A stretch of DNA of 64,000 nt from an uncultured Bacilli bacterium (GCA_934167825.1 CAKPLY010000001.1:70850-134849), one strand, 5' to 3'; numbered from the stretch's first letter, positions 15,983-26,331 are shown. Program-made: numbers and translations. Notes: generated by a model not told the origin, from the letters alone.

Positions 15983-17206
15983 ATGAATAAGATAACAAAC
16001 GTATATGCAAGAGAAATATTAGATTCAAGAGGTAATCCTACGGTTGAGGTTGAACTTACTTTAAATGATGAAGTGTTGGCAGTAGCTTCTGTTCCAAGTG
16101 GTGCATCTACTGGTAGTAAGGAAGCTTTAGAATTAAGAGATAATGATAAAGATAGATATTTAGGCAAAGGGGTACTAAAGGCTGTTAATAATGTTAATAC
16201 TATAATTAGAGATAATATTGTTAATAAGAGTTTTGACAGTCAAAGAGAACTTGATTATTATTTGATTAGTTTAGATGGTACAGCAAACAAGAGTAAGTTA
16301 GGTGCTAATGCTATTTTAGGTGTTAGTTTAGCGTATTTAAAAGCAAGTGCTATTATAAATGGTAAAGAGTTATATGAGTACTTAGGTAGTGATTATACTA
16401 TACCTAGATGTATGATGAATATTTTAAACGGTGGATGTCACGCAAATAATAATTTAGATATTCAAGAGTTTATGATTATACCATCAAAAGATGATTATAA
16501 AGAAAATTTAAGAATGGGTAGTGAAATATTTCATAATCTAGATAAGATATTAAAAGAAAATAACTTAAGTTGTGGAGTAGGAGATGAGGGTGGTTTTGCA
16601 CCAAATATTAGTTCTACTAGGGAAGCACTTGATTTAGTTAGTGATGCTGTAAAAAAAAGTGGCTATATTTTAGGAAGTGATGTTTATTTAGGACTAGATG
16701 TCGCTGCTAGTGAATTTTATAAAGATAATTTATATCATTTTGAGGGCAAAGATTTAACTAGTGATGAGTTAATTAATTACTTTTTGGAGTTAGTAAGAGA
16801 GTATCCTATAATTTCAATTGAAGATTTACTTGCGGAAGATGATTATGAGGGATGGAAGAAGGCTACAAGTAAGTTATCTAATATACAACTTGTGGGAGAT
16901 GATTTATTTGTTACTAACAAAAAGTTATTGGAGTATGGTATAGAAAATAATATGGCAAATGCTATACTTATCAAGTTAAATCAAATTGGTACTGTAACAG
17001 AAACATTGGAAACTATAAAACTAGCAAAAGAACATGGTTATAAAACTATAATCAGTCATAGAAGTGGAGAGACTGATGATACGTATATTGTAGACTTTGC
17101 AGTAGGATTAAATGCTGGACAAATTAAAACAGGTAGTATGTCAAGAATGGATAGAATATGTAAATATAATAGATTACTTAGAATAGATGAGGACATTAAA
17201 AAGTAA
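15983..17206 (+). CDS. eno: enolase
   Basis: [38 protein letters not shown] and SHRSGETDD. Confidence 0.95.
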   Translation: MNKITNVYAREILDSRGNPTVEVELTLNDEVLAVASVPSGASTGSKEALELRDNDKDRYLGKGVLKAVNNVNTIIRDNIVNKSFDSQRELDYYLISLDGTANKSKLGANAILGVSLAYLKASAIINGKELYEYLGSDYTIPRCMMNILNGGCHANNNLDIQEFMIIPSKDDYKENLRMGSEIFHNLDKILKENNLSCGVGDEGGFAPNISSTREALDLVSDAVKKSGYILGSDVYLGLDVAASEFYKDNLYHFEGKDLTSDELINYFLELVREYPIISIEDLLAEDDYEGWKKATSKLSNIQLVGDDLFVTNKKLLEYGIENNMANAILIKLNQIGTVTETLETIKLAKEHGYKTIISHRSGETDDTYIVDFAVGLNAGQIKTGSMSRMDRICKYNRLLRIDEDIKK

Positions 17207-17212
17207 TAAGAT

Positions 17213-17692
17213 ATGAAGTATTATGTTGTACTTGTTGTTATATCTTTATTAGTATTAACGGGATGTAGTAATACTAATATTGTAGATATAGAGAAAGATG
17301 AATATTTATCATATAAAGAAGAGATACTTACCACAAATGATTTTACAGATAAAGAAGATTTAATGTTTAATATAGATGTTATTACTAGTAAGATAAGTCC
17401 TGAAGAGTTATCATATAAGTTAGTAATTAATAATGCTAAAGAAGATATGCATGATGTTAAGGTACTTATGATACATAATAAACTTACAGATAATGTATTT
17501 CCGTCTTTAGGAATATTTGATAATCAAAGTATTAATTTACTTACAAGTGATACTGATAAGGATATAACACTTATTGGTACTATTAAGACTACTAAGAATA
17601 TTAATGATATTGATATAGAGTATAAGGTTTATATTGAATATAAGAATAGTTTAAATGAGACAGTAAAAGTCTACTATAAAACGACAAATTAA
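17213..17692 (+). CDS. lipoprotein, function unknown
   Basis: Signal peptide with an LVLTGC lipobox. Confidence 0.6.
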   Translation: MKYYVVLVVISLLVLTGCSNTNIVDIEKDEYLSYKEEILTTNDFTDKEDLMFNIDVITSKISPEELSYKLVINNAKEDMHDVKVLMIHNKLTDNVFPSLGIFDNQSINLLTSDTDKDITLIGTIKTTKNINDIDIEYKVYIEYKNSLNETVKVYYKTTN

Positions 17693-17718
17693 GTATATAT
17701 TTAGGTATATACTTTTTT
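17691..17718 (+). terminator. rho-independent terminator
   Basis: AGTATATA...TATATACT hairpin followed by T7. Confidence 0.65.
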
Positions 17719-17783
17719 TATATTTAGAGATAGTTGTATTATATTAGTGTTATGGGGTTAATAATTTGTTAAGGATGGTATAT

Positions 17784-17975
17784 ATGAAAGTTAAGGTATT
17801 TGATGAGTCACATGAGAAAGATTTAGAAAATGATATTAATAATTTTATTAAGGAAAATAATGTTGAGGTATTTGATATAAAGTTTAGTGTATCGGTATCT
17901 ATGTTTAGTGAGGAACAGATATATTGTTTTTCTGCGCTTGTTATGTATACTGAGGAAAAGGTGAAAGAAGGGTAG
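17784..17975 (+). CDS. small sporulation protein, Cse60-like
   Basis: MKVKVFDESHEKDLENDINNFI...FSVSVS...QIYCFSALVMY resembles the Cse60/YteV family as I recall it. ATG 17784 after AAGGATGG. Confidence 0.5.
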   Translation: MKVKVFDESHEKDLENDINNFIKENNVEVFDIKFSVSVSMFSEEQIYCFSALVMYTEEKVKEG

Positions 17976-18058
17976 TTGATGACATGTAAGAATGTAATTA
18001 TAAAACATTTATAGTTATTATGCTGATTTAAGAAAATTAAATATTTTTTAAAAATGTA

Positions 18059-18087
18059 TAGACATAAATGTAATTTTGTGGTACAAT
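18059..18087 (+). promoter_or_regulatory. sigmaA-type extended -10 promoter driving the repeat RNA
   Basis: TAGACA (18059-18064), 17-nt spacer ending in TGG, TACAAT (18082-18087). Confidence 0.65.
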
Positions 18088-18140
18088 ACGGTTACGTAAG
18101 TGATTATGTTATATATTTATATGACTTATCATCTTATGAA

Positions 18141-18268
18141 CTAAAAAAGCGGCGATTCCGGCCAACCTAAACAGGAACCTAAAAAAGCGGCGATTCCGGC
18201 CAACCTAAACAAGGAACCTAAAAAAGCGGCGATTCCGGCCAACCTAAACAGGAACCTAAAAAAGTGAC
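18141..18268 (+). ncRNA. ToxI/antiQ-like type III antitoxin RNA: 3 full tandem repeats (38, 39 and 38 nt) plus a 13-nt partial repeat
   Basis: CTAAAAAAGCGGCGATTCCGGCCAACCTAAACA(A)GGAAC at 18141-18178, 18179-18217 and 18218-18255. A partial CTAAAAAAG begins at 18256. The repeats are head-to-tail with no spacers and sit directly upstream of a ToxN/AbiQ homolog. Confidence 0.8.
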
Positions 18269-18297
18269 TAGAGATTATTTCTCTAGTTTTATTTATA
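18267..18297 (+). terminator. terminator separating the antitoxin repeats from the toxin gene
   Basis: ACTAGAGA-TTATT-TCTCTAGT hairpin followed by TTTATTT. Confidence 0.75.
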
Positions 18298-18393
18298 AAA
18301 AAAACGTGTATGTTTTTGCAAACAATTGTTTGAGATGTATTGACCTTACTAAAGATATATGATATTATGTAGTAAAGGTAGTGAGTTGATCTT

Positions 18394-18906
18394 ATGACAG
18401 AATTGTTGACACTAGTTAAGTTAGATACAGATTATTGTAATTATTTGAGAAAATTTGATAACAAAGTACCATATAACTATAATAAAAAAGAATTAAGGCC
18501 ATTTGTTGGTGTTTTATTTGAGGTTAATAATTATAAGTATTTTGCACCTTTATCTAGTCCAAAATCTAAACATCTTAAACTAGAATCTAAAATTGACCTT
18601 TTAAAAATAGATGATGGTAGATTGGGAGTTGTTAATTTTAATAATATGTTACCTGTTACTGATGATAATGTTATTTTTATTGACTTAGATAAAAAGTGCT
18701 TAACTGAAACAGAAAAAAAGTATATGAAATTATTAAAAAAACAACTTTTTTGGTTAAGACGTAATGATGTTAAAATATATGAAAGAGCTAAAAAATTGTA
18801 TTTTAAATACACAAATGGTACTCTAAAACAAAACATTGTTAAAAGATGTTGCAATTTTAAACTACTTGAAGAAAAGTGTAATGAATATAATAATATTTTA
18901 GTATAA
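18394..18906 (+). CDS. type III toxin-antitoxin system toxin, ToxN/AbiQ family endoribonuclease
   Basis: 170 aa. YCNYLRKFDNKVPYN...RPFVGVLFEVNNYKYFAPLSSPKSKH...CNFKLLEEKC closely follows the AbiQ/ToxN N- and C-terminal patterns I remember. Confidence 0.85.
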   Translation: MTELLTLVKLDTDYCNYLRKFDNKVPYNYNKKELRPFVGVLFEVNNYKYFAPLSSPKSKHLKLESKIDLLKIDDGRLGVVNFNNMLPVTDDNVIFIDLDKKCLTETEKKYMKLLKKQLFWLRRNDVKIYERAKKLYFKYTNGTLKQNIVKRCCNFKLLEEKCNEYNNILV

Positions 18907-19104
18907 AAATAAATTTTTTAATACTATCAATAAGTAATATATAGTAATAGATAATATTTAATATTACTTTTTTATTTTACATAATAGTAAATCTTTATAT
19001 TATACTTTTAGCATATAAAATTGTTATTTTTCCTTCATAATTATATTGTTAAAAATCTTTAGTTGTGATAAAATATATATGTAGTTAATGTAGAGGGTGA
19101 GATT

Positions 19105-19350
19105 ATGAATGATGATAAGACAATGGTTTTTAATGTAGAAAGTATAAATGAAAAGGTAATTTATGATACATTAAAGGACGTTTATGATTTGCTCGAAGAA
19201 AGAGGATATAATGCTACTAACCAAATTGTGGGGTATATTTTGAGCGGAGATTTGGGGTATATTTCTAATTACAAGGCTGCTAGAAACAAGATTAATTCTC
19301 TTGACAGGAGTACTATATTAGAAGTAATGCTTAAGAATTTCTTGAGGTAA
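19105..19350 (+). CDS. IreB-family regulatory phosphoprotein (UPF0297, YrzL-like)
   Basis: EERGYNATNQIVGYILSGDLGYISNYKAARNKI motif. Upstream of ruvX, as in Bacillus. Confidence 0.8.
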   Translation: MNDDKTMVFNVESINEKVIYDTLKDVYDLLEERGYNATNQIVGYILSGDLGYISNYKAARNKINSLDRSTILEVMLKNFLR

Positions 19351-19371
19351 TTTTTTGAAAGGGGAGTTATA

Positions 19372-19788
19372 ATGAGATATATTGGTTTAGATTTAGGAAG
19401 TAAGACATTAGGGGTTGCGGTAAGTGATATTACTAATACGATTGCAAGTAGTATTAAGACGGTTTTTTTTAAGGAAGATGATTATGAGAGTTTGATTCCT
19501 ATTCTTAAGGATATTATTGGAGAATATGACGCTAAGAAAATAGTGCTTGGACTTCCAAAAAACATGAATAATACGCTTGGTCCTCGTGCAGAGATTTCTA
19601 TTAATTTTAAGAAGTTGATTGAGGATAAGATAGGTATTGAGGTTGTTTTAGTTGATGAGAGATTAACTACAGTTATATCAAATAATATAATGATTGAGGC
19701 GGATATGTCTAGAAAAAAGAGAAAGAAAAAGGTGGACTCTATTGCGGCTTCTATTATATTGCAGTCTTATTTGGATACACTTAGGTGA
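19372..19788 (+). CDS. ruvX: Holliday-junction-resolvase-like nuclease RuvX (YqgF)
   Basis: IGLDLGSKTLGVAVSD, KIVLGLPKNMNNT and VDERLTT. Confidence 0.9.
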   Translation: MRYIGLDLGSKTLGVAVSDITNTIASSIKTVFFKEDDYESLIPILKDIIGEYDAKKIVLGLPKNMNNTLGPRAEISINFKKLIEDKIGIEVVLVDERLTTVISNNIMIEADMSRKKRKKKVDSIAASIILQSYLDTLR

Positions 19789-19879
19789 TTATGTAGAGTG
19801 TGTTTTAAATATGATTAGTTATGAAGCTTTTGATATTTTAAATATAAGTTAATAATAGATAAAATAAGGAGGAATAGTT

Positions 19880-20155
19880 ATGGAAAATGATAATACTTTT
19901 ACAATTATAGATGATAAGGGTAAGGAAAGAGTGTGTGAAGTTTTATTTACTTTTGAGAGTGATGAGACAAAAAAGAATTATATAGTGTACACTGATAATA
20001 CTAAGGATCATGAGGGTAATATTAGGGTATATGCTTCTATTTATAAGAAAGGAAGTAAGAATGCATCTTTGGAGCCGATTGAAAGTGAAAGAGAATGGAA
20101 GATTGTAGAGACAATACTTTCTTCAATACAAGAGGAAGAAAATAATAGTAATTAA
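19880..20155 (+). CDS. DUF1292 protein (YrzB-like)
   Basis: FTIIDDKGKERVCEVLFTFESDETKKNYIVYTD pattern, with conserved yrzL-ruvX-yrzB synteny. Confidence 0.75.
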   Translation: MENDNTFTIIDDKGKERVCEVLFTFESDETKKNYIVYTDNTKDHEGNIRVYASIYKKGSKNASLEPIESEREWKIVETILSSIQEEENNSN

Positions 20156-20445
20156 TATAAAGTATAAGGTACGATAAGAATTTCTATATGATGATATAAT
20201 GATAGTGATATTGTAATTATGTTATGGATAGTGTTAAAAGATTGTGTTATAAATAATGATGTAAAGGAATTTTATTTAACTGATGTAATAATTACTATAA
20301 TATTACTTAAAATGCTATAATATTGCTTGGTTTATAAATAGTGATGTAATTTTATTTGATATTATAGTGTTACTTGACATTATGTGTAAATCTTATTATT
20401 ATACTTTTTGTGTGTACAAAAATAGTAGTAAAAAAGGCGGTATGT

Positions 20446-21516
20446 ATGAAAATAAAAAAGATTATATTAACTCTTTTGGTGTTAGGTATTTTGTGTGTTG
20501 TTGGCGTAGGGGCGTTTTACTTTTATAATTTAAAGGCAGTGTCAAGTGATAATACGCCAAAGAAAGTTGTAATTAATGCAGGTTCTATTGCGTCAATTGG
20601 TAAGACGTTGAAAGAAAATAATTTAATTAGAAATGAGTTTATTTTTAAGGTGTATGTAAAGTTAAATCACATTAATAATTTGAGGGCTTCTACTTACAAT
20701 TTGAATGAGGCCATGAGCTTGGAAGATATTGTTAAGGTTTTACAAGAGGGTAATTCATATAATCCTGACCAGATTAAGATTACTTTTGTAGAAGGAAAGA
20801 ATATGCGTTATTATGCTAACGTAATAAGTGAGAATACTTCGAATAGTTATAATGATGTGCTAGATAAAATGGAGGATACTAATTATATAGATAGTTTGAT
20901 TAGTAAGTATTGGTTCTTGACTGATGATATTAAAAATAGTAAGATATATTATCCTCTTGAGGGGTATTTATTTCCCGATACTTATTCTTTTGTAAATAAG
21001 GATGTTAGTGTGGAGGATATTTTTAAGGTAATGCTTGATGAGACTGAAAAAAAGTTGGAACCATATAAGGATAAACTTGAAAACATGAATTTATCTATTC
21101 ACGAGGTGTTTACACTTGCTTCGATTGTGGAGTTAGAGGGCGCTAAGGCTAATGATAGGGCTAGTGTTGCAGGGGTATTTTATAATAGGATTAAGAACAA
21201 ATGGAGTTTGGGCAGTGATGTTACGACTTATTATGCTTTGAAAATTGATGATTTTAAGGTTAGTTTGACTAGTGATAATGGGCTTTATAAGTGCGATAAT
21301 GCTTATAATACAAGATGTAATAGTTTTATAGGACTTCCTGTGGGACCAATATGTAATCCTGGGATGGAATCTATACTTGCCACTATTAATCCTGAGGAAC
21401 ATTCTTATTATTACTTTGTCGCAGATTGTAATGGTAAGGTATATTTGAGTAAGAATCAAACTGAACATTTTAATACAATTAGTAAGCTTAAGAATGAGAA
21501 TAAATGGTGTGTTTAG
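20446..21516 (+). CDS. mltG: endolytic murein transglycosylase MltG
   Basis: N-terminal TM helix, YceG-like domain (LASIVELEGA, GVFYNRI, YNTR...GLPVGPICNPG). ATG 20446 is preferred over the TTG at 20374. Confidence 0.9.
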   Translation: MKIKKIILTLLVLGILCVVGVGAFYFYNLKAVSSDNTPKKVVINAGSIASIGKTLKENNLIRNEFIFKVYVKLNHINNLRASTYNLNEAMSLEDIVKVLQEGNSYNPDQIKITFVEGKNMRYYANVISENTSNSYNDVLDKMEDTNYIDSLISKYWFLTDDIKNSKIYYPLEGYLFPDTYSFVNKDVSVEDIFKVMLDETEKKLEPYKDKLENMNLSIHEVFTLASIVELEGAKANDRASVAGVFYNRIKNKWSLGSDVTTYYALKIDDFKVSLTSDNGLYKCDNAYNTRCNSFIGLPVGPICNPGMESILATINPEEHSYYYFVADCNGKVYLSKNQTEHFNTISKLKNENKWCV

Positions 21517-22032
21517 GGTAATAAGGTTTAATAAGCAAGAATTTGTGTAATATGTTGTGTTTAATCATATTATAAATATTGAAAATAATATGATGTAAGA
21601 TAGATAATAAATATAAAGAAGTAATATATATAATTAAAGAATGATTGTATAAATAAATGAAATTGTTAAAGAAATTATATAATATTTGAAATAAATAATT
21701 GATAAAATGATTAATAACAAATACTCTTAATATTGGGTGTTTGTTTTTGTTTTCAGTTATTATATTTAACAAGGAATTGGTTGCATAAAAACAAACAATA
21801 TCTTTCATATAAAAGAAGTATTCTTGATTGGACATTAGTTAATTCGTTTTTAATATATTAAGAGTTTCGTTTTAGAATTTTATATACCTTTGTTAATTTA
21901 CACTTATGTGATAAGTTATACTTTATTAAGTATAGGTAAAAAAATAAGTAATATCTTAAAATGTAAGATATCACTTTAGAATTTTTAAATATATAACTAA
22001 TAATATATTGTTATATAAATATATTTATTAAA

Positions 22033-22146
22033 TTATAGGTATGCTAAAATACCAATGATAGTAGATAAAAGCATAAGTCCAAGCATTCCTAGTACTATTA
22101 CTTTGGCACCTATATTTGTTTTCTTTTTTTTCTTATTTTTACTCAT
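22033..22146 (-). CDS. possible 37-aa small membrane protein
   Basis: MSKNKKKKKTNIGAKVIVLGMLGLMLLSTIIGILAYL. AAAGGA lies 9 nt upstream and a hairpin (ATATCTTA/TAAGATAT, ~21945-21975) lies downstream. Not in the ORF track because it is under 60 aa. Confidence 0.3.
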   Translation of the reverse strand: MSKNKKKKKTNIGAKVIVLGMLGLMLLSTIIGILAYL

Positions 22147-22237
22147 AATGCGCAATCCTTTCTTCAATCTAATTATAATATAATTATATCTAATTTATGT
22201 AATAAATTCAAGTATTTTTAATATAATTTATCAGGAG

Positions 22238-22870
22238 ATGAATATATTAATGAATTTTAGACAAATAGTTAAAACATTTATACCAAGCAAGAAATTAAGT
22301 ATTTTTGTGTTAATAGTGGCATCTCTTGGTATAATATCTGGGGCAATATTTTTAGTAATGATTAATCAAAATGATAAGAGTGTTGTTATAAATGAGTTAA
22401 ATGGATTTTTAAGTAATATAAATAGTAATAGTATTAATAATGTACAAGCACTTAAGAATAGTTTATTTAATAATTATGTATATATTGTTTTGATATTTAT
22501 ATTGGGTCTTTCTTTGATTGGGACATTAGTTAATTTGTTTTTTACATATATTAAGGGTTTTATTTTGGGATTTTCTATATCTTCGTTAATTTACACTTAT
22601 GGTGTTAAAGGGATACTTGCTTCAGTGATATATATTGTACCTGTGATTGTTAATTTATTTCTTATTGTATTGATTACTTCTTATACGCTTGTTATGGCAA
22701 AATATTTATATACGATAATATTAGGAAATAGGAATACTGGTTTTAAAATATTTTTAAAGAAATACTTTATTATTTTTATTGTGGTATCTTTAATGACAAT
22801 TTTTACTTCGCTCATGGAAGCGTTTTTAACTCCAGCGTTATTTAAGTTAGTTGTAAAATTATTTATGTAA
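22238..22870 (+). CDS. spoIIM: stage II sporulation protein M
   Basis: 210-aa polytopic protein. N-terminus LSIFVLIVASLGIISGAIFLV and overall size resemble SpoIIM. Confidence 0.65.
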   Translation: MNILMNFRQIVKTFIPSKKLSIFVLIVASLGIISGAIFLVMINQNDKSVVINELNGFLSNINSNSINNVQALKNSLFNNYVYIVLIFILGLSLIGTLVNLFFTYIKGFILGFSISSLIYTYGVKGILASVIYIVPVIVNLFLIVLITSYTLVMAKYLYTIILGNRNTGFKIFLKKYFIIFIVVSLMTIFTSLMEAFLTPALFKLVVKLFM

Positions 22871-22880
22871 AATGATAGAA

Positions 22881-23290
22881 ATGTTTAATATCTATGGAAA
22901 GAGATTTTGATAATTTAAATTAGTTTTTAGTTTGTATGAAAAAATGTTTTAATGTAAAAATATATTTTTTGATATATTAAAAAGATTTTTAATAATTTAA
23001 AATGGTATTTGTATATTATAGATATATAAAGGTTAAATTGAGATGTGAGTTTGTATATATAAGTATTTTGGTATTAAAATATGTTTTTTGTATATAGAAA
23101 ATGAGTTTTAATATTTAAAAAATGTTTTTAATATAAATTTTTAAATATATTGGGCTGTTTTTTGATATACAAAAAGGGTTTTTGAATAAGTATAGATGAT
23201 TTAATGTGTGTAAATGTATTAAGGTTTTTTGATATGTATTTTGAATGTTTGATATGTTGAAAGGTGTGTTTTGGGTAATTAAAATTTTAA
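22881..23290. repeat. about 14 degenerate copies of a ~20-bp unit (R)TGTTTTT(G/A)ATAT-N-AAAA in an ORF-free intergenic region
   Basis: Copies read by eye at about 22881, 22903, 22946, 22963, 22984, 23064, 23081, 23103, 23122, 23155, 23177, 23223, 23245 and 23268. Neighbours often lie 19-22 bp apart. Confidence 0.5.
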
Positions 23291-23467
23291 TACAAGATTA
23301 AATGGATACTGGTATTAAAGGAATAATGGAAGATAATATTTATTATTTATATTATACTTTATGCGTGTAAAAAGGTTATAAACAAAGAAAAATCTACGTA
23401 GTTAGTAGTTTTTTTTTCAATATTGTGTTATAATTAGTCAGTAAGAAATTTGAGGAGGAGGTATATT

Positions 23468-24541
23468 ATGAAGACAGTGGTAATTGGTATGTCTGGTGGG
23501 GTTGATTCTTCAGTGGCAGCTTATTTACTTAAACAACAAGGGTACAATGTCATTGGACTTTTTATGAGAAATTGGGATAGTGTGATTAATAATGACTTTT
23601 TGGGAAATCCTAATTTGGATAATGATATTTGTCCACAGGAAGCAGATTACAACGATGCGGTAAGTGTTTGTGAGAAGTTAGGAATCCCTTTACATCGGGT
23701 TGATTTTGTAAAGGAGTATTGGGACAATGTATTTACATATTTTTTGGATGAACTTAAGAAAGGTAGGACGCCAAATCCTGATGTGATGTGTAATAAGTAT
23801 ATTAAATTTGATGCTTTTTACAAGAAGGCAAAGGAGTTAGGGGCAGATTATATTGCTACTGGACACTATGCTAAGGTTATTGATGGTAAACTTGCTAGAG
23901 CGAAAGATGAAAATAAGGATCAGTCATACTTTTTAGCATATGTAAACAAAGATATTTTTAAGGATGTACTTTTTCCTATTGGTGATATGGTTAAGAAAGA
24001 TGTTAGGGAACTTGCAGATAATTTAGGATTAGTTACTGCTAGAAAGAAAGATTCTACGGGGATTTGCTTTATTGGAGAGAGAAATTTTACGAAGTTTTTG
24101 GAGAATTATTTACCTAATATTCCTGGTAAGATTGTGGATATTGATACTAATGAAGTTTTGGGAGAACATATTGGTCTTATGTATTATACGCTTGGACAAA
24201 GAAAAGGACTACATCTTGGTGGTAATGAGGAGAAACATTATGTTGCAAGGAAGGATTTAGATAATAATATTTTATATGTTGCTACGGGAGAGAATCCTAA
24301 TTTGTATACTAATGAGGCGATTATTGAGGATTTTAATAGTTTGACAGATGAGAAGATTAGTAATTGTACATGCAAGTTTAGATATCGTCAAAAGGATATT
24401 GATTGTCATGTTGAATATTTAGATGATAAAACACTTAAGTTAATATATGATAATGTAAAATCTGTGACTCCAGGACAATTTTGTGTGTTGTATGATGGAG
24501 AAATTTGCTTAGGTGGAGGAATTATCAAGGAAGCACATTAG
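23468..24541 (+). CDS. mnmA: tRNA 2-thiouridine(34) synthase MnmA
   Basis: VIGMSGGVDSSVAAYLL PP-loop, TPNPDVMCNKYIKF and DSTGICFIGE. ATG 23468 after GAGGAGGAGG. Confidence 0.95.
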   Translation: MKTVVIGMSGGVDSSVAAYLLKQQGYNVIGLFMRNWDSVINNDFLGNPNLDNDICPQEADYNDAVSVCEKLGIPLHRVDFVKEYWDNVFTYFLDELKKGRTPNPDVMCNKYIKFDAFYKKAKELGADYIATGHYAKVIDGKLARAKDENKDQSYFLAYVNKDIFKDVLFPIGDMVKKDVRELADNLGLVTARKKDSTGICFIGERNFTKFLENYLPNIPGKIVDIDTNEVLGEHIGLMYYTLGQRKGLHLGGNEEKHYVARKDLDNNILYVATGENPNLYTNEAIIEDFNSLTDEKISNCTCKFRYRQKDIDCHVEYLDDKTLKLIYDNVKSVTPGQFCVLYDGEICLGGGIIKEAH

Positions 24542-24838
24542 TAATATACTTAAGTAATATAATATTGTATATAGTAATGAAAAAGATGATGTTATTTAAT
24601 GTAATTATAGTAATGGATAAATTATAATTATAAATTATATATTATTAAGAATTATAATATTAAATGAGTAATTAATAGATAAATATAATGCTACCGGTTG
24701 TAATAAAAAATTATAATTACAAGATGTTATATTTTCAATAAAAATAATTAATGAAAATGAGAATAGACATAATATTAAGTATGCTCTATTTTTTTCTTTG
24801 TTTTTGCTTTACATTTTTCTTAAATATTACAAAATACT

Positions 24839-24867
24839 TGACATTTAAGTGTAAAACAAGTAAAATA
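24839..24867 (+). promoter_or_regulatory. sigmaA-type promoter of the 24910 HTH gene
   Basis: TTGACA (24839-24844), 17-nt spacer, TAAAAT (24862-24867). Confidence 0.6.
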
Positions 24868-24909
24868 GAATTATAAGTAGATGTAGTGGGGAAGGGAGCA
24901 TTTTTAACA

Positions 24910-25689
24910 ATGAACATAGTAGAAAAGGTAAATTTAATTTTGAAGGAAGCAAATGTGTCTAAGGTTAATTTAGCAAAGTATCTTGGTGTTTCAAGACAAA
25001 TGGTATATAACTATCTTGATGGTGATGATTTATCAAAATTACCGAATGATAAATGCCAGTTGCTACTTAAACTATTAGATGTTAAATCTGTTAAGGATAT
25101 TGATAGTATTGTTGTAGATGATGAATATATACAAAATGTGGGAAGTAAAATTTTTACTGCGAAAAAGCCTGCTGTAAAGAAGAATGAGATGATTGAGTTA
25201 TCTGGTTTAAGGAGAGATGAACAAATATTAATTAGTGATATTGTATTCTTGATTAAAGAAATGTTTAACGAAGATAAAACAAAGTCATGTTATGATACTA
25301 TTTTGTATTTTTATCATTTCTTACAAGCAATGTCTAGTGCTAAAGAGTTAAAGTATATGTTAGGTTATGTGTCAAAAGCAGCTGGATTTACTAAGCCTAC
25401 AACTTATGCTTTTGATGAGGATAAGCAATTCGTTTTTGAAAGTATAATGTATTCTGCGATGACACTTTATGCAAATGGTGGAGCATCTAAGACTAAGTTA
25501 GCAGAATCTCATAAACGTTGGGAAGCAGAATTAGATAGAAAAAATGAAGAAAAATTAAGTAGAACACAAGAGTTAAATACTGCTAAAGTTCTTGCGTTAA
25601 AGGAACTAGGATATACTGAAATTAACGAAAAGAATGCTAGTGAAGTATTTGATAAGATTGCTGAAATTCAAGCAAGAAAAATTAGTTAA
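24910..25689 (+). CDS. HTH-domain protein with a ~190-aa unknown C-terminal domain
   Basis: VSKVNLAKYLGVSRQMVYNYLDG is an HTH pattern. ATG 24910 is preferred over the GTG at 24886. Confidence 0.6.
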   Translation: MNIVEKVNLILKEANVSKVNLAKYLGVSRQMVYNYLDGDDLSKLPNDKCQLLLKLLDVKSVKDIDSIVVDDEYIQNVGSKIFTAKKPAVKKNEMIELSGLRRDEQILISDIVFLIKEMFNEDKTKSCYDTILYFYHFLQAMSSAKELKYMLGYVSKAAGFTKPTTYAFDEDKQFVFESIMYSAMTLYANGGASKTKLAESHKRWEAELDRKNEEKLSRTQELNTAKVLALKELGYTEINEKNASEVFDKIAEIQARKIS

Positions 25690-25773
25690 TAAATAATTAG
25701 GTCCCCTACTTTGAATTTATGATAGGGTGTAGTAGTTGATTTATAGAAGATAAAAATTATATAAATTGATATA

Positions 25774-25813
25774 AAAAGTTATAATTCGAGTAATTTTTGG
25801 TTATAACTTTTTT
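25774..25813 (+). terminator. rho-independent terminator
   Basis: AAGTTATAA (25776-25784) pairs with TTATAACTT (25801-25809) and is followed by TTTT. Confidence 0.7.
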
Positions 25814-25975
25814 GATATATTTAGGTGCATTTAATTATTTATATTGTTTAAATGAAGTTAACTATATTATGTTTATTTTAATTAATTTTTTATTATCTTT
25901 ATTTTTAATTTTATATTAATTTAGTTATTTAATGAAAATGTGAGTTATAATTATGATATGAGTTATAATTATGAT

Positions 25976-26331
25976 TTGAAATTTAAATCGAGGTGAATAA
26001 GTATCAATGTTATTAAAATTCGATTCAAATTTGAATTAAGATTTATTTTAATTATTTTTATAAATTTGATTTGAGATTGATAATTATACATCTTATGATG
26101 GTTCGATTTAAATTTGAATATTGTATATTTTAATTTTAGATGTATAATTATGCGTTTTTCAATAACTTGATTTAAATTTGAGAGATATAAAAGTTTATTT
26201 TTTCATAATACTTCCCCTATTGTAAATTCAGTAAATGAATAGGGGAGTAATAATTCTAAAAAATAAATATGCTTAAATTTCATTCGAGAATAGATTAGAC
26301 GTATGATTATCAATCTTGATTTAAAATTTTG
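25976..26331. repeat. array of five 16-nt near-palindromic boxes, consensus TCGATTYAAATTTGAA
   Basis: 25976-25991 (inverted, TCGATTTAAATTTCAA), 26020-26035 (TCGATTCAAATTTGAA), 26103-26118 (TCGATTTAAATTTGAA), 26167-26182 (TTGATTTAAATTTGAG) and 26316-26331 (degenerate). Confidence 0.7.

Noticed and set aside
18141-18268. The tandem repeats could be mistaken for a CRISPR array.
   Set aside because: The repeats are contiguous with no spacers, there are only 3.3 copies, there are no cas genes, and a ToxN/AbiQ homolog lies directly downstream. The type III antitoxin RNA reading fits better.
21488-21835. 115-aa ORF on the minus strand after mltG.
   Set aside because: It overlaps the mltG 3' end, has no SD, and its translation is Asn/Ile/Phe/Tyr/His low-complexity sequence of the kind AT-rich intergenic DNA produces. 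No support for a real gene.
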